Shown: positions 1-8,571 of the stretch, piece after piece | Position numbering within the stretch: the first letter of the stretch is position 1 | Layout of the letters: every line of letters begins with the position of its first letter | Translations under genes and position numbers: made by a program | The notes under the pieces: model-generated | Databases searched by the model: none | What the model was told of the DNA's origin: nothing | Seen by the model: the letters and a program-made list of their open reading frames with translations, nothing else | DNA from: a virus | Taxonomy: Duplodnaviria; Heunggongvirae; Uroviricota; Caudoviricetes | DNA length: 14,113 nt | Virus record (IMG/VR): IMGVR_UViG_2778261687_000004 | Location: 1-14,113 of that record | Strand: one strand, 5' to 3'

Positions 1-174
1 ATGATTGAACAAATTAACATCGCTCTTGAGCAAAAAGGGTCCGGGAATTTCTCAGCCTGGGTCATTGAAGCCTGCCGCCGGAGACTGTGCTCAGAAAAAA
101 GAGTTTCTTCTGAAGCAAACAAAGAAAAGAGTGACATTACTGAATTGCTCAGAAAACAGGTCAGACCAGATTGA
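1..174 (+). CDS. Small hypothetical protein (57 codons, ATG at window position 1, TGA at 172-174); may be a complete small gene or the 3' end of a longer one (ynfO position)
   Basis: Open frame from position 1 to TGA 172-174 (MIEQINIALEQKGSGNFSAWVIEACRRRL...). Not in the ORF track because it starts at the window edge. Name by synteny only. Confidence 0.45.
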   Translation: MIEQINIALEQKGSGNFSAWVIEACRRRLCSEKRVSSEANKEKSDITELLRKQVRPD

Positions 175-216
175 AGCAATTTAGATAATCGTGCAGACTA
201 CGCCCCCTCATATCAC

Positions 217-642
217 ATGGAAGGTTTATCTATGGATCAGGTAGTCATTTTTAAACAAATATTTGATAAAGTTCGAAACGATTTAAACTATCAATGGTTT
301 TATTCTGAGCTAAAACGTCACAATGTCTCACATTACATTTACTATTTAGCCACAGAGAATGTTCATATTGTATTAAAAAATGATAATACAGTGTTATTAA
401 AGGGCCTAAAAAACATTGTGTCTGTCAAATTTTCAAAGGATAGGCATCTTATAGAAACGACCTCTAATAAGCTGAAATCCAGAGAGATCACATTTCAGGA
501 ATACAGAAGAAACCTTGCTAAAGCAGGAGTTTTTCGGTGGGTTACAAATATCCACGAACAAAAAAGATATTACTATACCTTTGATAATTCATTACTATTT
601 ACTGAAAGCATCCAGAAAACTACACAGATCTTACCACGCTAA
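217..642 (+). CDS. ydfO: DUF1398-family prophage protein (YdfO-like); alternative start ATG 232 gives 136 aa
   Basis: 141-aa ORF in the track; sequence and position upstream of gnsB match my memory of the YdfO/YbcV family. Confidence 0.7.
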
Positions 643-650
643 ACCATAAC

Positions 651-679
651 GTCCGGCTTCTCTCACTCCTGAGCCGGAC
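651..679 (+). terminator. Possible stem-loop downstream of ydfO (8-bp stem GTCCGGCT/AGCCGGAC, 13-nt loop), weak U-tract
   Basis: Inverted repeat 651-658 / 672-679 seen directly; the following T-tract is poor, so terminator function is uncertain. Confidence 0.3.
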
Positions 680-793
680 TGCATTGGTTTAATAAAAACC
701 ATCAACAATTGTGATTTAGATATTCGGAACCATTCAAATATAACAAAACCCCGTAAAAACGAGGTTTATGGATAAATTTTATTATTGAATACA

Positions 794-968
794 TCAGATT
801 AAATTAATCTTGACATCATAGCTTTCAAGACCCGTCATTTTTTCCCGTGCGGTAAACTGAATACTGGTAACTTCTTTCCCGGTCTTTTTCTTAAGTTCAA
901 TAATTTTTTTTTGTTATATATTCAGAAATATCTGCTTCTGCTTTTGTTTTTAAGTTTTCAATATTCAT
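794..968 (-). pseudogene. gnsB: GnsA/GnsB-family gene disrupted by a 1-nt frameshift in a T9 homopolymer (plus 904-912)
   Basis: Minus strand ATG at 968 with RBS AGAGGAAA. Translation MNIENLKTKAEADISEYITKK then the frame breaks in the A9 run (TAT TGA). With A8 it reads ...KKIIELKKKTGKEVTSIQFTAREKMTGLESYDVKINLI* (57 aa, GnsB-like). Span is 175 nt, not a multiple of 3. Confidence 0.6.
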
Positions 969-1139
969 CATTTCCTCTTTTAGTCTGTTATGACTTTCCA
1001 GTTACACAGTAAGTCGATTATATGGTGCAAACGTGTAAAAGATAAGATGAAACATCGCAATAATCAACATACGATAGTCTAAATTTTACACAAACAGACA
1101 AAGAGAATTTTCCTGAATTATCAATGCAATAGCATCAAA

Positions 1140-1373
1140 TCAACTCAAGAGCCTTATTGCTGCTTCCAGAATTTCTTCTGAAGTAACATGTCGATCCGCG
1201 GCTACATAAATGACTTTATGATCTCCGGTCAGAGATGGAAACCCTGCGGCCATTACAGTAAGGTGTGTTTTTTCGCCATTTGGATATTCACGCATGATGG
1301 TGTTAACTCCAGTCATCGCTGGCACTACCACTGCTGGTTCAGAGTTAAAAAAAACTATGATTTTTTTCATGAT
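1140..1373 (-). CDS. Hypothetical 77-aa protein at the ynfN position between cspI and gnsB
   Basis: ORF-track entry 1140..1412 begins with TTG; the first ATG is at 1373 (MKKIIVFFNSEPAVVVPAMTGV...). No strong SD. Identity not recognised. Confidence 0.45.
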   Translation of the reverse strand: MMKKIIVFFNSEPAVVVPAMTGVNTIMREYPNGEKTHLTVMAAGFPSLTGDHKVIYVAADRHVTSEEILEAAIRLLS

Positions 1374-1414
1374 GTTACCGTAGTATGTGAGTATCCATCG
1401 AATAGACACCAAGC

Positions 1415-1434
1415 AAAAAAGCTCCCGAAGGAGC
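1415..1434 (-). terminator. Intrinsic terminator for the minus-strand cspI transcript
   Basis: Hairpin GCTCC-CGAA-GGAGC (1421-1434) preceded on plus by A6 (1415-1420), so the minus-strand RNA has the stem followed by U6. Confidence 0.55.
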
Positions 1435-1641
1435 CTTCATTTTCACTTTTTTAAATCCAACGACAGACGGCTGGCATTTAAGTATTGTGAAATATTATCA
1501 AATGTAATCATCATTGATTTACAAAAGATACATTTTGCCCCGAAAGGATTCATGTCAGAAACATCAAAAGATGATGTTCTATACTGGGAACCATGACAAC
1601 ACGGGCATCTAAAGTGAATATGGTTTGTAATATTGTCTACC

Positions 1642-1854
1642 TCAAAGCGCCACTACATGAACAGCGGCAGGACCTTTAGGTCCGTTCTCAATACCAAATT
1701 CAACTTCCTGATTCTCAGTTAATGTTTTGAAATCGTTGCTCTGAATTGCTGAGAAATGGACAAACACATCTTTGCTGCCATCTTTCGGCGTGATGAAACC
1801 AAAACCTTTTTCAGGGTTAAACCATTTCACTAAACCAGTCATTTTGTTAGACAT
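1642..1854 (-). CDS. cspI: Cold-shock protein, CspA family (70 aa)
   Basis: [38 protein letters not shown]... contains the canonical cold-shock domain RNP motifs (KGFGFI, VFVHF). Paralog assignment is by synteny next to the lysis cassette. Confidence 0.88.
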   Translation of the reverse strand: MSNKMTGLVKWFNPEKGFGFITPKDGSKDVFVHFSAIQSNDFKTLTENQEVEFGIENGPKGPAAVHVVAL

Positions 1855-2216
1855 AATTATTACCTTTTGAAGAAATTAGCCCTTGGGCAGAATGGTCCGA
1901 AAAAAAATATCAGAGAGAAAAACCAACAAGGAAATCTCAAGAGGTACAAATAATAAAATTATAACAATGACTGCTTCAGATAAATTTGTAACAAACCAGA
2001 ACACCATTAACGCATGATTAACCACCCATAGCAAGGATTACTTTTGTAAAGAAAAACACAGCAATGAAAGAATAGCTTTATTTATTAATAAAACGTGTCA
2101 TTCTGATTAAGACCTTTTATCTTACCCTTAAGATTTCAGGAATTTTGGCTCATGGAAGAGTCCTTTTTATTTAAATTTTACATTCCGCGATGTAAATGTT
2201 CCGATTTAATATTACC

Positions 2217-3239
<1,023 letters not shown>

Positions 3240-3243
<4 letters not shown>

Positions 3244-3551
3244 AGATATTTATGATGAGGACGCTCGTGCTTATTGGCAGGATTTTCAATCTTAAAGGAG
3301 TACTGATGCTGCAGATAAGACTCAACTTTTTCTGACAATTTTTCTGCTACTTCCAGGAAGACTTGCCGGACGCTCCTTCTGGCTGCTGCCTCATAAAACT
3401 CCAGCGCAGCTCCTTCAACACGGTCCATGGCGACATCCAGGTCAAAAATTTCACCGTCAAAGCGTTCTTTGTCCTGTAAGGCTACAGTTACCGTAACTTT
3501 ATTCTCAAAATTACGGACTCCTTTCACAACCAGTTCATAGTCTTGAGTCAT
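3240..3551 (-). CDS. ydfR: DUF1327-family prophage protein (YdfR-like), translationally coupled to the endolysin
   Basis: 103-aa ORF with RBS GAGAGGAG upstream of ATG 3551; its stop overlaps the endolysin start (ATGA 3240-3243). Confidence 0.75.
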
Positions 3552-3555
3552 TGGA

Positions 3556-3771
3556 TTACTCTCCTCTCGCAGCCTTACGCCTGTCTTCTTTAATCTTGAA
3601 ATAAAGATTTGTCAGATACGTCAGCAGGCCAAAAACCAGGCTACCCAGCACACCGATTGCAGCCCACTGTGACGGAGTTACTTTATCGAGTAACTGCAAT
3701 GCCCAGAAACCAGCATTACCCGCCGATGTGCCATAGGCAACACCTGTTGTTAACTTATCCATTGATTTCAT
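3556..3771 (-). CDS. essQ: Class II holin / pinholin (S21-like, 71 aa) with dual-start motif MKSM
   Basis: [71 protein letters not shown] has two TM segments and a charged C-terminus. The longer track ORF (to 3846) has a non-holin-like N-terminal extension. Confidence 0.8.
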   Translation of the reverse strand: MKSMDKLTTGVAYGTSAGNAGFWALQLLDKVTPSQWAAIGVLGSLVFGLLTYLTNLYFKIKEDRRKAARGE

Positions 3772-3990
3772 ATCCTCACCCCGATGTACACGGATGGTGC
3801 AATATGTTTGAAAAGATCGGAGTCTACGGGGTAGTTTTGACAGCACACGTTGTTCTCAACGGCGCTAAAAAAACATACACATTAAAAATGTGGGTAATTA
3901 TTTTGAAAGAAAGTCATATATAAAATAATAATACGAGAAATGTTTTCATATTTAGTGTACTGTATACGGCCATTTATACAGGAAAAGCCT

Positions 3991-4161
3991 ATGTCAGAAC
4001 GTAAAAACTCAAAATCACGCCGTAATTATCTCGTTAAATGTTCCTGCCCAAACTGCACCCAAGAGTCAGAACACAGTTTTTCAAGAGTACAAAAAGGTGC
4101 CCTTTTGATCTGCCCTCATTGCAACAAAGTATTCCAGACAAATCTTAAAGCTGTAGCCTGA
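3991..4161 (+). CDS. ynfU: Small zinc-ribbon protein (56 aa, CxxC...CxxC), YnfU-like
   Basis: ATG 3991 with RBS AGGAAA 5 nt upstream; MSERKNSKSRRNYLVKCSCPNCTQESEHSFSRVQKGALLICPHCNKVFQTNLKAVA carries two CxxC pairs. Symbol from memory of K-12 small-protein annotation, not verified. Confidence 0.6.
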   Translation: MSERKNSKSRRNYLVKCSCPNCTQESEHSFSRVQKGALLICPHCNKVFQTNLKAVA

Positions 4162-4220
4162 TTGATTTTATTAGTAACAAGTATTTTTTATATTTTAATA
4201 ATATATTTAAAGCAGATAAT

Positions 4221-4243
4221 AAAAAACCCGCCTGAGCGGGTTT
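4221..4243. terminator. Bidirectional intrinsic terminator between convergent ynfU-like (+) and cspB (-)
   Basis: A6-CCCGC-CTGA-GCGGG-TTT; on the minus strand the stem is followed by U6. Confidence 0.6.
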
Positions 4244-4524
4244 GAGATTGTGGTGCTTTTTGTGGGAGTCATCCACTTACGCACTTTGTTTTGCCATGCC
4301 AGCAGTTAGCTTCTGCTGTAAAACTATTCATGCAGCAAACCTGCACTTCACCACAATGGTTAGCATACTTTTCCTGATTAAGATTTTGCCAAATATGCTA
4401 GCCATTGTTTCATGTATTGGACCTCCTTACTTTTTATTAAAGAGATCCAATATTCACTACTCTGTCCGTATCTCTACTCAGGCATCAGCCTTCTTCGTTA
4501 TCGTATACAGACGAGCGATGAATT

Positions 4525-4740
4525 TTAATCAGTAATGATGACATTTGCTGCTGCAGGACCTTTAGCACCACTCTCTATAGAGAAGGTAACCTTTTGACCT
4601 TCAAATAAGGTTCGATAATTATCATTCTGAATCGCAGAAAAATGCACAAACACATCTTTACTACCATCAACAGGAGAAATAAAGCCGAAACCTTTATCAG
4701 CGTTAAACCATTTTACTAAACCAGTCATTTTATTTGACAT
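4525..4740 (-). CDS. cspB: Cold-shock protein, CspA family (71 aa)
   Basis: [67 protein letters not shown]...; RBS AAGGAA; long 5' leader. Confidence 0.88.
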   Translation of the reverse strand: MSNKMTGLVKWFNADKGFGFISPVDGSKDVFVHFSAIQNDNYRTLFEGQKVTFSIESGAKGPAAANVIITD

Positions 4741-4757
4741 TCTACATTCCTTAACTT

Positions 4758-4769
4758 GAGCCTTTCGGC
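4758..4769 (-). promoter_or_regulatory. csp 5'-UTR 'upstream box'-like element (GCCGAAAGGCTC) just 5' of the cspB SD
   Basis: Minus strand reads ATGCCGAAAGGCTCAAGTTAAGGAATGTAGA-ATG. This is one mismatch from the cspA-family upstream-box consensus GCCGAAAGGCACA as I recall it. Confidence 0.5.
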
Positions 4770-5040
4770 ATAAATGGTTTGCATAACAGAAACGACTTCG
4801 TACTTAATTGGAGAGACTCAAAGAAGGAATAAGTGAATAACACCTGAAATGAGAACTGCTTTAGTAAACTACTTCGTATATCGTCTGTTCTTCAAACCGA
4901 CGCAATCATTAACGCATAGTTGAACATATGAAGCAATGTTTATTTTAGACATCCAGCCATCTTCAACCCCATCAAAAAACTATAGCTTTCTTCAGGAACG
5001 TGTGTATAGTGCGCCAAGTTATCAGTATTAAGGAATTTTT

Positions 5041-5253
5041 TTGTCCCGTAAAATGACAGGAATTGTCAAAACCTTTGACGGCAAAAGCGGCAAGGGTCTT
5101 ATCACCCCATCCGATGGTCGTATCGATGTCCAGCTTCATGTTTCAGCGCTCAATCTCCGCGATGCAGAAGAAATTACCACCGGATTACGCGTGGAATTTT
5201 GCCGGATAAATGGTCTGCGTGGCCCTTCAGCTGCCAATGTTTACCTTTCATGA
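5041..5253 (+). CDS. cspF: Cold-shock-domain protein of the CspF/CspH subgroup (70 aa), apparent TTG start
   Basis: [70 protein letters not shown]; SD AAGGAA 6 nt upstream of TTG 5041; next ATG is codon 5 (5053). Divergent from cspB. Confidence 0.8.
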
Positions 5254-5307
5254 GCTATATTAAAGCTTTAATTTCAGGCCCCATCGGATCACACATGGAG
5301 AGTTTTT

Positions 5308-5397
5308 ATGAATAACCCCGTCTGTCTTGATGACTGGTTGATTGGCTTTAAAAGCTTATGCTGTACTTTGGCCGTAATAGCTCTGCTAATAATATAA
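5308..5397 (+). CDS. Candidate 29-aa hydrophobic small protein downstream of cspF
   Basis: ATG 5308 preceded by GGAGAG 5 nt upstream; [29 protein letters not shown], with a C-terminal hydrophobic segment. Below the ORF-track length cutoff. Confidence 0.35.
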
Positions 5398-5548
5398 TAA
5401 GCAGACTCATTGTGTTTAGGGACATTGTACTGGAAGAAAACATTTTAAACATCAGGCAAATAACCAAGTCACCAGCTAAATAATAAGTTAACAGACATGA
5501 GTCCCGGGATGAGATTCAACATTACCATTGCCCCATTTAAAGCACAAA

Positions 5549-5569
5549 ACCCGCTCATCAGCGGGTTTT
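5549..5569. terminator. Bidirectional intrinsic terminator between cspF-side (+) and quuQ (-) transcription
   Basis: AAAA-ACCCGCT-CATC-AGCGGGT-TTT: 7-bp GC-rich stem, 4-nt loop, A-tract before and T-tract after. Confidence 0.6.
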
Positions 5570-5674
5570 CTACTTTTTCTTAACGTCGGGTATACAAAGC
5601 CCATCGTTGAAAAAATTTTATCCATATTTTTTGAAAAATGCAAACATCATGTCGCCATCTTCAGCAAAAATCAT

Positions 5675-6427
5675 TTATCTCGTCACCTTCCTCAATTGCG
5701 CTTCCGCGTATGCTTCTTCCTGCCAGCACTTTGTTACCAGTTTACCAATGACGTCCGCATACCCCTTATACCACTGATAATCGGTCAGGTCTGGTACCAG
5801 CTTCTGGACATGACGTCGTGCCAACGTGGTCGGTAAACGACTAAACCGGTTTCCATTACAACGCCCACAAATCTTATATACCGGTACGCCATGAAACCGG
5901 GTTCTTTTTTCATCCAGAACAATCCCTTTACCCTTACACCCTCTGCACGCTGTGCTGGCTTCGCCCTTACCATGGCAATGCTGACATAGTTCCTTCACCC
6001 ATTATTCCTTGATTACAGATTCCCCGCGTCTGTAGTGTTTCACCACTTCGCGCAATACATTATAAAATCCCGTACCTGAACAATGCTCACAGCGAGCCTT
6101 ACTTGCCGCAGACCTGGAGTAATCAGCAAAGGCAAAACTCACGAGGTAAGGAATAATCTGTAACCGGATTTCTTCACTCAATTTGTTCAATGTCGGGTTA
6201 TCCAGTGCCATCGCGTAATTTAGCAGGCCTTCAATCGCAAACTGAGGGTCCTGAACACCAACTTTTGCCAGAAATAAGGCCAACCCAAGTGGTGCTTTCG
6301 ACTGCACCATCCCCTGCGCTGCCATTACATCCGTAATTGTTAAACAACCGGTGCCTGTCGCTGGAGCGTCATCGCTCAATTTTGGAGATTTTGGGGAGTA
6401 ATATTTTGGTAAGGCTTCAAGGTTCAT
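5675..6427 (-). pseudogene. quuQ: Lambdoid late-gene antiterminator Q homolog interrupted by an in-frame TAA (plus 6002-6004)
   Basis: Track ORFs 6002..6457 (N-terminal part) and 5675..5998 (C-terminal part with zinc-finger CxxC...CxxC: CQHCHGKGEASTACRGCKGKG...CGRCNG) are in the same frame, separated only by TAA-TGG. ATG 6427 has RBS GGAGAA; counting the stop as a codon gives 250 codons. Confidence 0.75.
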
Positions 6428-6440
6428 GCTCGTTCTCCAC

Positions 6441-7325
6441 TTACGCCAGTACGCCAATTGCCAGCGCGCGATCGATAAAACGAAATATCAGCTCCAGTTG
6501 AGAGCCATACTTATCTTCAAATGCCACTGTATCCGTATGCAGCTCGTTGTGATGCTTTCTGCACAAAGGCAACACAAAGAGATCATGTGCTTTTGTTCCC
6601 ATTCCGCCCTGCCCGTGACCAATCAGATGATGCGGATCGTCGGCTGGCATACCGCAGCAAGCACACGGCTGTGTCTTAACCCAACGTGTGTATTTCTCCT
6701 TAACCCAGCGGCGACGTTTAGGCAGCTTCATGAAAGATTCCGGAGACTCTGGATCAACGGTGATGCTTACCACCGTCTTTTCCTGTGGTGATTTTTGTTG
6801 CTGGTGGGCGTAAGGCAACGGTGCAAGATTTTTTGTGCGTTGTTTCAATATGCTGGTGGCGGTCTGCTCTCCCGGTACGATGTCGCTTTCGCGGTACACC
6901 GAGCAGATTTTTTCCGCTGGTAATCCCAGCGAACGACGCGATACAGCCTCAGGTAGTGCATCCACCACCTGATTGCAGACCGCCCACCAGGATAATTCAG
7001 CCAAAGATAATTCCCGCTCCTGCGTACCGCTTATTGCGTGACGGATGACGTCAATCACCCATGCTGTCAGATTTTGTTGAGCAAGCAGCTCCAGTGATTC
7101 CGATGTCTGGTCACGCAGTTGGTTGTCGCAGTGCCAGCACAACACCATTGCGCCGGTACCATAACGGTGAATGACTGTTTCAGTGTGATGGTAATCGCCA
7201 TTAGGCCACTGGCAGGATGTAACATGACGTAATAGCCAGTCGGACAATGCGCCAACCCGCGCCTGCGGTAAGAATGAATCAGCCATTCGGCCTGTTCTGC
7301 AGTGCATGGAGGGTGCTGGAACCAT
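6441..7325 (-). CDS. ydfU: DUF968-family prophage protein with C-terminal HNH/zinc-finger-like motif (YdfU-like); probably the 3' portion of a frameshifted gene
   Basis: 294-aa ORF; C-terminus CACCGMPADDPHHLIGHGQGGMGTKAHDLFVLPLCRKHHNELH. Its ATG is immediately preceded by an in-frame TGA and has no SD. Confidence 0.8.
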   Translation of the reverse strand: MVPAPSMHCRTGRMADSFLPQARVGALSDWLLRHVTSCQWPNGDYHHTETVIHRYGTGAMVLCWHCDNQLRDQTSESLELLAQQNLTAWVIDVIRHAISGTQERELSLAELSWWAVCNQVVDALPEAVSRRSLGLPAEKICSVYRESDIVPGEQTATSILKQRTKNLAPLPYAHQQQKSPQEKTVVSITVDPESPESFMKLPKRRRWVKEKYTRWVKTQPCACCGMPADDPHHLIGHGQGGMGTKAHDLFVLPLCRKHHNELHTDTVAFEDKYGSQLELIFRFIDRALAIGVLA

Positions 7326-7414
7326 TCAGACTTGAATGCGTGAGAATACCGCCCGTGCGTGCAGGCAAGAACGGGCGAATTATCAGAATTGTAATATTTT
7401 GCGTTGCGTGCCAT
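7067..7414 (-). CDS. ORF with good RBS that overlaps ydfU in another frame; likely the true 5' end of ydfU (frameshift near 7250-7260) or, less likely, a separate overlapping gene
   Basis: ATG 7414 preceded by CCGGAGAAAACCG. The first ~50 aa look protein-like (MARNAKYYNSDNSPVLACTHGRYSHAFKSEWFQHPPCTAEQAEWLIHSY...); the remainder is low-complexity (C/W/T-rich) while the ydfU frame becomes protein-like at the same point. Confidence 0.35.
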   Translation of the reverse strand: MARNAKYYNSDNSPVLACTHGRYSHAFKSEWFQHPPCTAEQAEWLIHSYRRRGLAHCPTGYYVMLHPASGLMAITITLKQSFTVMVPAQWCCAGTATTNCVTRHRNHWSCLLNKI

Positions 7415-7752
7415 CGGTTTTCTCCGGTGGCACGGTGTTACTCAGCGGGAGTTCAGCCCCGCGCAAGATTGTAGATGAGTTTATTCTCCTGAAAAAGCAG
7501 AAAAGCCAGCTTTTATTCCGATCTCTTTCAATGCCTGTAATGAAGTGACAAACTCACCTTCGCGCAAGATAAATCCGTCCGTGACCTGACCTGTCGATAA
7601 AGGAACGTAACACGTTTTATGCAACACCCGCATGCGGCAGAAAATTATTGCCGAACGTTTACCCCTGTCAACAAGCTTTACTTTCTGAGGCGCGCCAGCC
7701 CGCGAGGAAAACAATCTGAACATCAAACAATTAATGACACAAGAAATACGAT

Positions 7753-7779
7753 TAAAGATTTTTTTGTGCATGCCGATAG
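7753..7779 (+). promoter_or_regulatory. Sigma28 (FliA) class promoter for flxA
   Basis: TAAAGATT (7753-7760), 11-nt spacer, GCCGATAG (7772-7779), matching the sigma28 consensus TAAAGTTT-N11-GCCGATAA; lies 24 nt upstream of the flxA ATG. Confidence 0.65.
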
Positions 7780-7802
7780 TGCTTTTTTAAAAGGAGAAAT
7801 CT

Positions 7803-8135
7803 ATGTCTGTCACAATTCAGGGAAATACCTCAACCGTTATTTCAAACAACTCCGCCCCGGAAGGAACATCAGAAATAGCCAAAATCACAAGACAAATTCA
7901 GGTGCTGACTGAAAAGCTTGGGAAAATCTCATCGGAAGAGGGGATGACGACACAGCAGAAAAAAGAAATGGCTGCATTGGTACAGAAGCAAATTGAAAGC
8001 CTCTGGGCTCAACTGGAGCAGTTGTTAAGGCAGCAGGCAGAGAAAAAGAATGAAGACGCGACAGTTCAGCCTGATAAAAAAGAAGAGAAAAAAGACGATA
8101 CAAATACCGCTGGCACCATTGATATTTACGTCTAA
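7803..8135 (+). CDS. flxA: FliA-regulated prophage protein FlxA (110 aa)
   Basis: MSVTIQGNTSTVISNNSAPEGTSEIAKITRQIQVLTEKLGKISSEEG...; RBS AAGGAG; sigma28 promoter upstream. Recognised from memory of FlxA. Confidence 0.85.
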   Translation: MSVTIQGNTSTVISNNSAPEGTSEIAKITRQIQVLTEKLGKISSEEGMTTQQKKEMAALVQKQIESLWAQLEQLLRQQAEKKNEDATVQPDKKEEKKDDTNTAGTIDIYV

Positions 8136-8149
8136 GTGACAGCCGTATT

Positions 8150-8172
8150 GTGGCCCTCATCGGGCCACTTTT
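8150..8172 (+). terminator. Intrinsic terminator of flxA
   Basis: GTGGCCC-TCATC-GGGCCAC followed by TTTT, 15 nt after the flxA stop. Confidence 0.7.
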
Positions 8173-8571
8173 CGCCATCAGCCTTTTCTTTAAAGACATA
8201 TTATCTTTGTATCATTTCTGATAGTTAACATTACAAGATATAAGTAATGGACGCACTCCCAATTAGTCTATTTAAATCGCCACGAGTTTAACTGACAACC
8301 CATGATCAATTATGAATTGCAACTATTTCTGTAGTCACTTTTGTGGGGACAGTCCACAAAACTGCCAACTTCCGCTTCTTGCTCTTAGCGGACATTAGCA
8401 TAGGCTATTTACCATAACGCCTCATTACGCGCACCGCCCAGACTGACTCAGCGCGTTTCTGGCATATCCCCGGTAAAACAAGTAACAAACCACCCGAAAA
8501 TGAACACCAGAAACGCGACTTAAGAATCTACCCTATGAATGGATATGCACTCAACCGAATCGATCTTGGTT

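Noticed and set aside
1188-1596. Plus-strand ORFs 1188..1454 and 1387..1596
   Set aside because: Overlap the ynfN-position gene and the cspI terminator on the opposite strand; no RBS.
4242-4535. 97-aa plus-strand ORF downstream of the terminator
   Set aside because: Starts inside or after the ynfU/cspB terminator hairpin, has no SD, and overlaps the cspB 3' end; likely non-coding. The SD-bearing mini-ORF on the other strand is reported separately.
5528-5973. ORFs 5528..5836 (+) and 5785..5973 (-)
   Set aside because: They overlap the zinc-finger C-terminal part of quuQ in other frames or on the other strand; the quuQ frame has clear motif support.
6426-7048. Plus-strand ORFs 6426..6791 and 6785..7048
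   Set aside because: Antisense to the DUF968 gene; no RBS.
7481-7771. 96-aa minus-strand ORF as a confident gene
   Set aside because: No SD before any of its three Met codons, and its 5' end overlaps the flxA sigma28 promoter; kept only as a note in the ydfU-flxA finding.
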